Part shown: positions 35,137 to 44,577 of the stretch, in pieces
How the letters are laid out: each line of letters begins with the position of its first letter
Numbering within the stretch: the first letter of the stretch is position 1
Origin: Candidatus Geohabitans tengchongensis
GTDB taxonomy: Bacteria > Sysuimicrobiota > Sysuimicrobiia > Sysuimicrobiales > Humicultoraceae
Direction of reading: 5' to 3'
Assembly (NCBI GenBank): GCA_031459625.1
Contig: JAVKIH010000001.1
Location: forward strand, 117,187 to 181,186
Length of the DNA: 64,000 bases
Position numbers and translations under genes: made by a program
The notes under the pieces: model-generated
Databases searched by the model: none
What the model was told of the DNA's origin: nothing
Seen by the model: the letters and a program-made list of their open reading frames with translations, nothing else

Positions 35137-38100
35137 TGTCGCTGGCCGCCCTGGCGGTCCGCCGCCAGGTCCTCGTCCTCATGGTGATCGCGGGCCTGCT
35201 CGTCCTGGGCCTCATCGCCTACGGCCGCCTGCCGGTGGAGCTCTTCCCCAACGTGCAGTTCCCTTTCGTCAGCGTCGTCACCGCCTACCCGGGGGCCGGG
35301 CCGGAGGAGGTGGAGCGCCTCATCACCCGGCCGCTGGAGGAGCAACTTAGCTCGCTGACCAACGTGCGCACCATCCGCTCGATCTCCGCCGAGGGCGCCT
35401 CCACGGTGGGCATCGAGTTCGCCCTGGGGACGGACATCGACGCGGCGGCCGCGGACGTCCGCCAGCGCGTCGACCTGGTGAAGGCCGGCTTCCCCCGGGA
35501 CGCGCAGGATCCCATCGTGCAGAAGTTCGACTTCAGCGCCCTGCCGGTGGTGCTGCTGGGGGTGAGCGGGCCGAGCGGGCTCGGGTTGCGCGAGCTGGCC
35601 GAGGAGGTGATCAAGCCGCGCCTGGAGCGCGTCCCCGGCGTCGCCGCCGTCACGGTCTCGGGAGGCCGCGAGCGGGAGATCGAGGTGGCGGTGGCGCAGG
35701 ACCGCCTGCGCGCCGAGGGGTTCACCATCGACCAGGTGGAGGAGGCCTTGCGCCTGGCCAACCTCAACATCCCGGCGGGTCGCCTGCGGGCGGGGGACGA
35801 GGAGTTCCTGGTGCGGGTGGTGGGGCAGTTCGGCCGCGTGGAGGCCATCGGGGACCTGGTCCTGCAGCGCGGCGACGGCTACACCATCCCCCTGCGCGCG
35901 GTGGCCGAGGTCCGGGAGACCTTCCGCGAGCCCGATCAGTTCACGCGCCTCAACGGCCGGGACAGCGTGGGCCTGAGCGTGCAGAAGCAGGCCGGGGCGA
36001 ACACCGTGGAGGTGGCCGAGGGGGTGCGGCGGGTCGTCCGCGACCTGCGTGGGATCCTGCCGCCGGGCACGGCCATCGCGGTGGCCCGGGACGACTCCCT
36101 CTTCATCCGGGACGCCATCGCCGACGTGCAGGGGAACCTCCTCCTGGGCGCCGCCCTGGCCACGCTCGTGGTCCTCCTCTTCCTGCACGACCTGCGCTCC
36201 ACGGTCATCATCGCCCTCGCCCTGCCGGCGGCGATCGTCGCCACCTACATCCCCATGTTCTTCTTCGGCTTCTCCCTCAACACCCTCTCCCTGCTGGCGC
36301 TGGCCATCGCCATCGGGCTGATGGTGGACAACGCCATCGTGGTGAACGAGAACATCAGCCGGCACCTGGCCCTGGAGCCCACACCGGCCCTGGCGGCCGA
36401 GCGGGGCGCGCGCGAGGTGGAGCTGGCCGTGTGGGCCAGCAACCTGGCCAACGTCGCCGTCTTCATCCCCATCGCCTTTACCCGCGGGCTGGTGGGGCAG
36501 TTCTTCCGCCAGTTCGGCCTCACCGTGGTCTTCGCCAACCTCTTCAGCATCCTCATCGGCTTCACGCTCACGCCGATGCTCTCAGCCCGCTGGCTGCGGC
36601 CGCGCCGCCCGGAGGACCGCCCCGGGCGCTTCGCCACCTGGTGGGACCGCGGGTTCGGCCGCCTGCAGGACCGCTACGCCGGGCTGTTGCGGTGGGCGCT
36701 GGGGCGCCGCTGGACGGTGGTGGGCGGCGCGGCCCTGCTCTTCGCGGCCAGCCTGGCCCTGGTGGCCTCGCCGCTCATCGGCAAGGAGTTCTTCCCCACG
36801 GGGGACTACGGGCAGTTCCAGGTGAGCGTGACCATGCCGCCCGGCACGGCCTTGCGCCAGACCGACCGGGCGGTGCGGGCCGTGGAGGCGGTGCTGCGCG
36901 ACCTCCCCGAGGTGGAGGCGGTCTTCGCCCTGGTGGGCGGCGCCGAGGACCCCTTTCTCGGGACGACCAGCGGGAGCCAGCGGGGGCAGATCTTCGTGAA
37001 CCTGGTGCCCCGGGAGCGGCGCACCCGCTCGGTGGACGAGGTGATGGCGGAGGTGCGCGCCCGCACCCGCCGCATCGCCGGCGCGGAGGTCCACGTGGCC
37101 GCCCAGGGCGGTGCCGGCCCGGGCACGGCGCCGGTGCAGGTGGAGCTGAGCGGGCCCGACGTGGCCGTGCTGCAGCGCCTGGCCGCGCAGGTGGAGCGCA
37201 TCGTGGCCCGCACGCCCGGGACGACCAACGTGGACACGAACCTGGACGCCGGGACGAGCGAAGTGCAGGTCCGGCTGGACCAGGCGCGCCTGGCCGAGCT
37301 GGGGCTCACTACCGCCCGCGTGGGCACGGCGGTGCGCCAGGCCCTGGCCGGGGTGGCGGCCAGCCGCTACCGCGGCGTCGGCCAGGAGGTCGACATCGTC
37401 GTGCGGGCCGGCGCCGCGGACCGCGCCGCCGTGGAACGGCTGGCCGACCTGCACGTGGCCACGGTCGGCGGCCGCCCGGTGCGCCTGGGGGACGTGGCCA
37501 CCCTGGAGGTGCGGCGGGGCCCGGCGGTCATCGAGCGCAAGGACCGGCAGCGCCTGGCCGTGGTCTCGGCCAGCCTGCTGGGCCGGCCGCTGAGCGCCGT
37601 GGTGAACGACATCCAGCGCGCCCTGCCCGCCGTCGCGCTGCCCCCGGGCTATACCGTGCGCTTCGGCGGCGAGGCCGAGTTCCAGCGCGAGACCTTCGGG
37701 GACATGCTCTTCGCCCTGGGATTGGGGTCGCTGCTGGTCTACATGACCATGGCCGCGCAGTTCGAGTCCCTGGTGCAGCCCTTCGTCATCATGTTCAGCC
37801 TGCCGCTGGCGTCCATCGGCACCTTCCTGCTGCTGCTGCTCACGCGCACGACGGTGTCGCTGATCTCGCTGCTCGGCATCGTCATGCTCGCCGGCATCGT
37901 GGTGAACAACGCCATCCTGCTGGTGGAGTTCATCACGCAGCGGCGCCGCGAGGGCGCGCCGCGCCAGGAGGCCATCCTGGCGGCGGCGCGCACACGGTTG
38001 CGCCCCATCCTGATGACGGCGCTGGTCTCCATCATGGGCGGGCTGCCGGTGGCGCTGGGGCTGGGGGCGAGCGGGGCGGAGTGGCGCCGTCCGCTGGGCG

Positions 38101-38330
38101 TGGCCGTGCTGGGCGGCATGTTCACCTCCACCGCCCTCACCCTGGTGGTGATCCCGACGGTCTACACGCTGCTGGACGACCTGCTGGCACGGGCGCGTGA
38201 GGTGCGCCTGCGGGGAGTCCGCGTGCGCCAGCCGCTCCCGGTCACCGGCGGGGCGGGGGCCGCAGGCGAGGCCCGTGGCCGCCAGGCAGACCACCCCGGC
38301 GGCCCCACCCCCCCGGGCGCGCACGCCTGA
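35136..38330 (+). CDS. RND efflux transporter permease (AcrB/HAE1-like)
   Basis: 1064 aa with 12 TM segments and two large periplasmic loops. N-terminus MSLAALAVRRQVLVLMVIAGLLVLGLIAYGRLPVELFPNVQFPFVSV. ATGA overlap with the adaptor gene. Confidence 0.9.
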   Translation: MSLAALAVRRQVLVLMVIAGLLVLGLIAYGRLPVELFPNVQFPFVSVVTAYPGAGPEEVERLITRPLEEQLSSLTNVRTIRSISAEGASTVGIEFALGTDIDAAAADVRQRVDLVKAGFPRDAQDPIVQKFDFSALPVVLLGVSGPSGLGLRELAEEVIKPRLERVPGVAAVTVSGGREREIEVAVAQDRLRAEGFTIDQVEEALRLANLNIPAGRLRAGDEEFLVRVVGQFGRVEAIGDLVLQRGDGYTIPLRAVAEVRETFREPDQFTRLNGRDSVGLSVQKQAGANTVEVAEGVRRVVRDLRGILPPGTAIAVARDDSLFIRDAIADVQGNLLLGAALATLVVLLFLHDLRSTVIIALALPAAIVATYIPMFFFGFSLNTLSLLALAIAIGLMVDNAIVVNENISRHLALEPTPALAAERGAREVELAVWASNLANVAVFIPIAFTRGLVGQFFRQFGLTVVFANLFSILIGFTLTPMLSARWLRPRRPEDRPGRFATWWDRGFGRLQDRYAGLLRWALGRRWTVVGGAALLFAASLALVASPLIGKEFFPTGDYGQFQVSVTMPPGTALRQTDRAVRAVEAVLRDLPEVEAVFALVGGAEDPFLGTTSGSQRGQIFVNLVPRERRTRSVDEVMAEVRARTRRIAGAEVHVAAQGGAGPGTAPVQVELSGPDVAVLQRLAAQVERIVARTPGTTNVDTNLDAGTSEVQVRLDQARLAELGLTTARVGTAVRQALAGVAASRYRGVGQEVDIVVRAGAADRAAVERLADLHVATVGGRPVRLGDVATLEVRRGPAVIERKDRQRLAVVSASLLGRPLSAVVNDIQRALPAVALPPGYTVRFGGEAEFQRETFGDMLFALGLGSLLVYMTMAAQFESLVQPFVIMFSLPLASIGTFLLLLLTRTTVSLISLLGIVMLAGIVVNNAILLVEFITQRRREGAPRQEAILAAARTRLRPILMTALVSIMGGLPVALGLGASGAEWRRPLGVAVLGGMFTSTALTLVVIPTVYTLLDDLLARAREVRLRGVRVRQPLPVTGGAGAAGEARGRQADHPGGPTPPGAHA

Positions 38331-38784
38331 GCGCAGGCCCTGGTGGCCGGGGTCCTCCCGGTCAGGGCACGGTGCGGCCCGTGGCCAGGTTCCCCCGCCG
38401 GGTGCGGTCGCGAAACCTTCCCAACCCCCGAGCCACTGACGGCGTGTCGGTGCACGGCGGCGGGGTAATGGTTCAAGCAGACGGCCAGCGAGCGGGGTGT
38501 GCCGGGGCCGGAGCCGGCCGCTCCGGCCCTCGCCGCGGGGCGCCGCAGGAGGGCAGCACGGCGACGCTGGAGGTCCGCGGGCGCACGGTCGGCGTCGCCG
38601 GGGTCAAGGGGTTCTGCGGCGGTTTCGCCCCGCACGCGGTCCAGCCGTTCGGGGAGCAGCAGCTCGAGGCCTTCATCGCCGAGGCGGTGCACGAAGCCAA
38701 GAAGCTGGCGGCCGCACGCGCGCCCGCGCACCGGCGTGCCGCCTACAACGTGGCCATGCCGGTCATCCGCGCCCCTAACCCTCG

Positions 38785-40617
38785 TCACGCTTTGAGGTCG
38801 TCCACCACCAGGTCGACGAAGCGGGGCGCCACTCCGACCGGCAGCTCCACCAGCCCGGTGGCGCGGTTGGTCAGGCGCAGCTCGGGGATGACGATCAGCG
38901 GCAGGAGGCTGAGCGTCATCTCGATCCCGGACGCCGGGCAGCCGGCCGCCCGCAGGGCCGCCTCCAGGGCTTCGACCTGTTCGGCCACCATCTCCACGGG
39001 CTCCAGCGACATCAACCCGCCCAGCGGCAGGGGGACGGCGGCCCGCACCGCACCGCCCGCCACCACCACCATGCCTCCGCCCATGGCGATGAGCGCGTTG
39101 CCGGCCGCCACCATGTCGTCGTCGTCCGTCCCGACGAGGAGGAGGTTGTGGCTGTCGTGGGCCACGGTGGAGCCGAAGGCCACGTGCGGCCCGAAGCCGA
39201 GTCCCGTGACGAACCCCGCCCCCCGCCGCGGCGCGTCGCCGCCGTGGCGGTAGAAGAGGACAGCCTTGGCCAGGTCGCGCGCGGGATCGGCGGCCAGCGC
39301 GCCGTCGCGTACGGCCAGCACGGCCGTCTCCTGCACCGTGCGGGCGCTGCCGGGGACGACGCGGATCACCCGCACGGTCGCCCGCGCGCCGCGATGGGGC
39401 AGGCGCACGTCCTGGCTCCCGAGCGGCGCCAGGTGCACCGAGCGCAGCGCCCAGGCCGGGTAGGGGTACGGGGGGATGTCGACGACGAGCCGGCCGTCCT
39501 CCGCCACCAGCACCCCGTCCGCGTAGACCTGGTCGACGGCCACGGCGGCGAGGTCCCGCAGCACCAGGATGTCGGCGGCCCGGCCGGGGGAGAGGGTGCC
39601 GATCCACCGGCTGCGCTCCAGGAGCTGCGCGGCATTGAGGGTGGCCATCTGGATGGCCACCAGCGGCGGGACCCCGTGGGCGACGGCCGCACGCACGGCG
39701 CGGTCCATGTGCCCCTCGCGCACCAGCGTGGCCGGGGTGACGTCGTCGGTGACGATGGTGAAGAAGCGCGTGTCCAGCCCGGGGCGCTCGGTCACCGCGC
39801 GCACCAGGCGCGGCAGGTCGAGCCAGGCGGTGCCGTAGCGCTGCTGCGCGTAGCAGCCCAGGCGGGCCCGCGCCAGCGCGTCCTCCGGGGTGGTGCCCTC
39901 GTGGCAGGCGACGAGCCCTGCCGCCACGAAGGCCTGCAGCCCCGGGTGGAGGGCCGGGCTGGCGTAGTGCCCGGTGGGGACCACCCCGGCGCGCAGCGAG
40001 GCGGCGGTGATGGCGTGCACCTGCGGGTCGCCGTAGATCACCCCGGGGAAGTTCATCTGCTCCCCCTGCAGCTGCGCCCACCCGCGCCGGTACGCCTCGG
40101 CCACCTCCTCCGGCCCCAGCGTCGCCCCCGCGTCCTCCATCCCCGGGATGGAGGGGACGCACACCGGCATGGCCAGGAGGACCTTGAGGGGGAGCCCTGC
40201 CGCGGCGGCGTGGAAGAGCTCCACCGCCCGCAGGCCGAAGACGTTGGCCAGCTCGTGGTTATCGCAGGCGATGGTGGTCGTGCCGTGCGGCAGGACCGCC
40301 CGGGCGAAGCTGCGCACGTCCACCATGCTGCTCTCCACGTGCAGGTGGGTGTCGATGAAGCCCGGCGCGAGGTAGCGGCCGGCGACGTCCACGACGGTGG
40401 TGTGCGGGCCGATGGGGAGGTGGCCGGCGTCGCCGACCAGCGCGATGAACCCCTCCCGCACGGCCACGTCGACCCCCTCCAGCACCTCGGCCGTGTTCAC
40501 GTTCACCAGCCGGCCGCCGCGCAGCAGCAGGTCGGGCGGCTCGCGCCCCATGGCGGTGGCGGCGAGCGCCTGCGTCACCTGGTCGAGCGTGCGCCGGCGG
40601 TGCCCGGCAACGGTCAT
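38785..40617 (-). CDS. ade: adenine deaminase
   Basis: 610 aa. Amidohydrolase metal-binding motifs (FIDTHLHVESS…). Length and overall layout match Ade. Confidence 0.85.
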   Translation of the reverse strand: MTVAGHRRRTLDQVTQALAATAMGREPPDLLLRGGRLVNVNTAEVLEGVDVAVREGFIALVGDAGHLPIGPHTTVVDVAGRYLAPGFIDTHLHVESSMVDVRSFARAVLPHGTTTIACDNHELANVFGLRAVELFHAAAAGLPLKVLLAMPVCVPSIPGMEDAGATLGPEEVAEAYRRGWAQLQGEQMNFPGVIYGDPQVHAITAASLRAGVVPTGHYASPALHPGLQAFVAAGLVACHEGTTPEDALARARLGCYAQQRYGTAWLDLPRLVRAVTERPGLDTRFFTIVTDDVTPATLVREGHMDRAVRAAVAHGVPPLVAIQMATLNAAQLLERSRWIGTLSPGRAADILVLRDLAAVAVDQVYADGVLVAEDGRLVVDIPPYPYPAWALRSVHLAPLGSQDVRLPHRGARATVRVIRVVPGSARTVQETAVLAVRDGALAADPARDLAKAVLFYRHGGDAPRRGAGFVTGLGFGPHVAFGSTVAHDSHNLLLVGTDDDDMVAAGNALIAMGGGMVVVAGGAVRAAVPLPLGGLMSLEPVEMVAEQVEALEAALRAAGCPASGIEMTLSLLPLIVIPELRLTNRATGLVELPVGVAPRFVDLVVDDLKA

Positions 40618-40894
40618 GGACGGCCTCCCGGGTGAGGGTTGCCGCTGTATTGGACGTCGGGCCGGGCGGCCCCTACAGGCCGGCTGCGGCGGCGGACTCC
40701 GGGCAGACCCCCTCCGGCGGGGAGCGCTCCTCGCTGTGCGCGGGTCGGGCGGGAACCCGACCCGCGCCCGCCGGAGGACGAGGCCGGTGAAGGGATTGGT
40801 GGAGTCTCGGGAGCGATAGACGACCTGTACACTTCCAGGGTGGGTTCTGCCCGATGGCGGGTCCGGCTAGGGGCCGGGACGGCGGCGCCGGGGG

Positions 40895-41548
40895 ATGTCG
40901 GCGTCGGGAAGGAGGCAGGCGGAGACGCGCGCGCTGCTCGCGGCGGTGACGGATGCCGGCTACCTGCTGCAGGTGCGCTTTCCGGGGCTGGGCGTGGCCG
41001 GCGCCCTGTGGAGCCGACTCCGCTACGGCCGCCTCTCGGCCGGGTACGCGCGCGCGGTCGCCCGCGACCCGGCCTACCTGGCGCCGCTCGAGGTCCTGCT
41101 GAGCGTGCTTGGCCCTGTGGAAGGGATGATCGTCGAGAGCGGGGCCGGCACGGGGACCGCCACGGCGCGGTTGCTGGAGGCGAACCCCGACGCTCCGGTC
41201 GTGGCCGTGGACCGGTCGGCGGCGATGCTGTCCCTCATGGAGAAGAGGTCCGGGCGGGTCGTCGGGGTGGTGGGCGACGCCTTCCGCCTGCCGGTCGCCC
41301 GGGATGTGGCGGCGCTGGCCATCAGCCACAACGCCCCCTGCTCGCTGGTGGAACTGGCCCGGGTTACACGCCGCGGCGGCCACGTCGCCCTGGTCCTCTC
41401 GGCGGCCGGGCGGTTGCCGGCCTGCTTCTGCACGTGGGCGCTACGCGCCCGGCCGGCCGACCTGGTGCCGGTCCGCACGGTGTCGGCCGGCCGAGGCCGG
41501 GGGTGGCTCTTCCGGAAATCCGAGGAGAGCGCCGCCGGCCTCAGGTGA
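40895..41548 (+). CDS. class I SAM-dependent methyltransferase
   Basis: Motif I VESGAGTGTATARLL and motif II/III (VVGDAFRLP). Start uncertain. Confidence 0.6.
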   Translation: MSASGRRQAETRALLAAVTDAGYLLQVRFPGLGVAGALWSRLRYGRLSAGYARAVARDPAYLAPLEVLLSVLGPVEGMIVESGAGTGTATARLLEANPDAPVVAVDRSAAMLSLMEKRSGRVVGVVGDAFRLPVARDVAALAISHNAPCSLVELARVTRRGGHVALVLSAAGRLPACFCTWALRARPADLVPVRTVSAGRGRGWLFRKSEESAAGLR

Positions 41549-42542
41549 AGCGCACGACCTCTTCGGGGTCGAGGAGCTGCAGCGGGCGCGGGCTGAGGGG
41601 CGCGGGCGCGACGAGGTCGACTTCCACCTCGTCCGGGCCGCGCAGCCGCAGGCCCACCTCGCTGCCGGCGTCGTACGCTCCCAGGACCCGCTCCGGTGCG
41701 GCCGCGAGCACCCGCTGCGCCAGCGCCTGCAGGGCTTCCCGGCGCGGGAGCGCGACGGCCCACGCCACCAGCCGCACACTGTCCGGCGGCGGCGGCGGGA
41801 CCCCCACCCCTGCCCACGTGTTGAGGCCGATGTGGTGGTGGTAGCCGCCCGCGGCCAGGAAGAGGGCCCGCGGGCCGTACCAGGCGACCTCCTCGAAGCC
41901 CAGCAGGTCCCGGTAGAACGCGGCCGCGGCGGCGATGTCCGCGGTGCGCAGGTGGATGTGCCCGATGCGGGCGGCGGGGTGGGCGCCGGTCCAGGGCGCG
42001 TCGGGAGGGGCCTGCGCCAGCAGGTCGACCAGGTCCAGCGGCAGCGTGTCGATCTGCAGCTGCCCGTCCCGGCGCGGCCAGCGGTCGCGCGGCCGGTCGG
42101 CGTACACCTCGATGCCGTGGCCGTCGGGGTCGGCCAGGTAGATCGCCTCGCTCACCAGGTGGTCGGAGGCGCCTTCCAGGGGGACCTCAAGCCTCAGCAG
42201 GCGGCGCAGCAGGCGCGCCAGCGTGGCCCGGTCCGGGTGGAGGAAGGCAACGTGGTAGAGCCCGCTCGTCCGCGCCGGCTGGGGTCGCGCGCCCGGCTGC
42301 TCGGTGAGGACCAGGGCGGCCGGCGGCTCCCCGCTGGCCGAGAGGCCCACCGTGCGCCCGCCCCCGGCCCCTGCCGCGGCGTGGATCGGGACGGGCACCT
42401 CGCCGGCGACCACGCGCCACCCCAGGGCATCGCGGTAGAAGGCCAGCGCCCGGTCGAGGTCGGCCACCGTGAGGTGGACGCGGCCCACGGTGGCATCCGG
42501 AGGAAGCGGGGGACCGGCCTCAGATCGCGCGGGAGACGTCAC
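41541..42542 (-). CDS. VOC-family (glyoxalase/bleomycin resistance/extradiol dioxygenase-like) two-domain protein
   Basis: Two tandem VOC modules (RVHLTVADLDRALAFYRDALGW…; RIGHIHLRTADIAAAAAFYRDLLGF…). GTGA overlap with the htrA-like stop. Confidence 0.75.
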   Translation of the reverse strand: MTSPARSEAGPPLPPDATVGRVHLTVADLDRALAFYRDALGWRVVAGEVPVPIHAAAGAGGGRTVGLSASGEPPAALVLTEQPGARPQPARTSGLYHVAFLHPDRATLARLLRRLLRLEVPLEGASDHLVSEAIYLADPDGHGIEVYADRPRDRWPRRDGQLQIDTLPLDLVDLLAQAPPDAPWTGAHPAARIGHIHLRTADIAAAAAFYRDLLGFEEVAWYGPRALFLAAGGYHHHIGLNTWAGVGVPPPPPDSVRLVAWAVALPRREALQALAQRVLAAAPERVLGAYDAGSEVGLRLRGPDEVEVDLVAPAPLSPRPLQLLDPEEVVRFT

Positions 42543-43624
42543 GGCGCGGCGGGCAACTCGTCGTCGCGCAACTCGCCCGGCACCACCGTCAGCTCGAGGG
42601 GCTCGACCCCGCGCAGCACGGCCACGCGCAGCGGGCGTCCGATGGCCTGCTCCGTCCCCAGCACCCGCTGCAGGTCGTCGGGGGACGTCACGGGCTGCCC
42701 GTCGAGGCCGACGACCACGTCGCCCGGACGGATCCCGCCGGCCGCCGCCGGCGTCCCCGGGAGGACCTCCACCACGCGCACGGCCGTCTCGGCCGGCAGG
42801 TGGTGTTGCAGCACCAGCCGCCGGTCCAGCCGGTGGGGCTGCGCGGAGATGCCCAGGTAGGCCCGCCGGACCCGTCCGTGCCGGATGAGCTGCGCCGCCA
42901 CCTGCGCCGCCGTGTTGGCGGGGATGGCGAAGCAGATCCCCTGCGAGCCGGCGATGACGGCGGTGTTGATGCCCACGACGCGGCCGCGGAAGTCGACCAG
43001 CGGCCCGCCCGAGTTGCCGGGATTGAGGGGCGCGTCGGTCTGGATGACGTTCTCGATGAGGCGGCCCGTCTCGGTGCGCAGCGTGCGCCCCAGCGCGCTG
43101 ACCACGCCCGTCGTCACCGTGGCCTGGAACCCCAGCGGGTTGCCGATGGCCACCACCAGCTGCCCCGGGCGCAGGCGCGAGGAGTCGCCGAACTCCACCG
43201 CCGGCAACCCGGTCTCGGGGACGGCGATCACCGCCAGGTCGGTGTGCGGGTCGGCGCCGACGAGGCGGGCCTGCAGCTCCCGCCCGTCGGGCAGCCGCAC
43301 CGCGATGCGGTCGGCGCCCCGCACGACGTGGCGGTTGGTGAGGATGTAGCCGTCGGGGGTGATGATGGCGCCGCTCCCGGCCCCGCGCAGCTCCGGCCAG
43401 CCGCGGCGCTGCAGGGACGCCGGCGCCCGGCGGGCCAGGCCGACGCTGACCACCGCCGGGCCCACTCGCTCGACGGCCCGGACCACGGTCCGGGAGTAGG
43501 CGTCGAGGGCCTCGACCTCCACCGCGGCCGTCTCCTCCCGAGCCGGCGGACCGTTCGCGCCGGGGGCGGGGAGGTCGTCGCGGACTTCGGGGTCGTGCTG
43601 GGTCACCAGCTGCGCCAGTCGCAT
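42539..43624 (-). CDS. HtrA/DegP-family serine protease with a C-terminal PDZ domain
   Basis: Catalytic triad context (TNRHVV…D…GNSGGPL). PDZ region (GIRPGDVVVGLDGQPV). Start is ATG 43624, or TTG 43648. Confidence 0.85.
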   Translation of the reverse strand: MRLAQLVTQHDPEVRDDLPAPGANGPPAREETAAVEVEALDAYSRTVVRAVERVGPAVVSVGLARRAPASLQRRGWPELRGAGSGAIITPDGYILTNRHVVRGADRIAVRLPDGRELQARLVGADPHTDLAVIAVPETGLPAVEFGDSSRLRPGQLVVAIGNPLGFQATVTTGVVSALGRTLRTETGRLIENVIQTDAPLNPGNSGGPLVDFRGRVVGINTAVIAGSQGICFAIPANTAAQVAAQLIRHGRVRRAYLGISAQPHRLDRRLVLQHHLPAETAVRVVEVLPGTPAAAGGIRPGDVVVGLDGQPVTSPDDLQRVLGTEQAIGRPLRVAVLRGVEPLELTVVPGELRDDELPAAP

Positions 43625-43773
43625 CGTCTGCTCCTCAGCAAGGCACAACGGCTCCCCCGCAGCCGGTATTCCAGCCCGAGGCCGGCGGCCCTGCCGGTCG
43701 ACGGTCCCCGGGCAGGCGTCGGTGCCCCGCGGGTGGAACTCTCCGGGGTCGGCGAGAGAAGGAGGGATCCCCG

Positions 43774-44130
43774 GTGAAGCGTGTGGCGCACCACCGCCTG
43801 GCCGAGCTCCCGGCCGAGGCGGTCAACCCGTACATGACCCGGCGGCTGGTGTGGGGCGAGCGCGTCATGGCGGCCTTCATGGAGTTCAAGCAGGGCGCCG
43901 TGGTCCCGGTCCATGCGCACGACAACGAGCAGATCACCTACTGCATCTCCGGGTTGATGCGCTTCACGCTGCCCGACGGCGAGCTGCTGCTGCGGCCCGG
44001 CGAGGTGCTGGTGATCCCCGGCGGCGTGCCGCACGGAGCGGAGTGCCCCGAGGACACGGTGGAGATGGACATCTTCAGCCCGCCCCGCCAGGACTGGATC
44101 GACCGCACCGACGACTACCTGCGGCGCTGA
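43774..44130 (+). CDS. cupin-domain protein
   Basis: Cupin motifs (VVPVHAHDNEQITYCISG…PGEVLVIPGGVPHGAE). AGGAGGG RBS. Confidence 0.75.
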   Translation: MKRVAHHRLAELPAEAVNPYMTRRLVWGERVMAAFMEFKQGAVVPVHAHDNEQITYCISGLMRFTLPDGELLLRPGEVLVIPGGVPHGAECPEDTVEMDIFSPPRQDWIDRTDDYLRR

Positions 44131-44142
44131 GGGGGGCGGGAC

Positions 44143-44577
44143 GTGCAGGCGCAGCGGCCGGCCATGGATGACCGCATCGACATCCTGGCGGGGATGGCGC
44201 TCTTCGCCGACCTCTCCCGCGCCCAGCTCGAGGCCGTGGCCCACACCTTCGAGGAGGAGTGGTTCAGCGAGGGCCAGCGCATCCTGCGGCAGGGGCTCTC
44301 CGGGGCGGGGTTCTACGTGATCCTGGATGGCGAGGTGGCGGTGCGCGTGGACGGGGAAACGCGCGCCACCCTGGCGCGCGGGGACGTCTTCGGCGAGGTC
44401 TCGGCGCTGCTGGGCGAGCCGCCGGTGGCCGACGTGGTGGCCCTGCGGCCGCTGCGCTGCCTGGTGCTGGCGGCGCCGGAGGTGAAGGGGTTCCTGCTGG
44501 CCTATCCGACGGTGATGTACCGGATGCTCCAGGTCGTGGCGCGGCGGCTCCGCCACGCCACCCAGTGGCGCGCGTGA
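44143..44577 (+). CDS. cyclic-nucleotide-binding (CAP-effector) domain protein with no DNA-binding domain
   Basis: cNMP-binding signatures (FSEGQRILRQGLSGAGFYVILDGEV…GDVFGEVSALLGEP…RCLVL). Confidence 0.75.
   Translation: MQAQRPAMDDRIDILAGMALFADLSRAQLEAVAHTFEEEWFSEGQRILRQGLSGAGFYVILDGEVAVRVDGETRATLARGDVFGEVSALLGEPPVADVVALRPLRCLVLAAPEVKGFLLAYPTVMYRMLQVVARRLRHATQWRA

Noticed and set aside
38162-40162. 666-aa minus-strand ORF and the 38372..39253 plus ORF
   Set aside because: Alternative frames overlapping RND and adenine deaminase. Gly/Arg/Pro-rich noise. The plus ORF is discussed only as a possible relic in the intergenic part.
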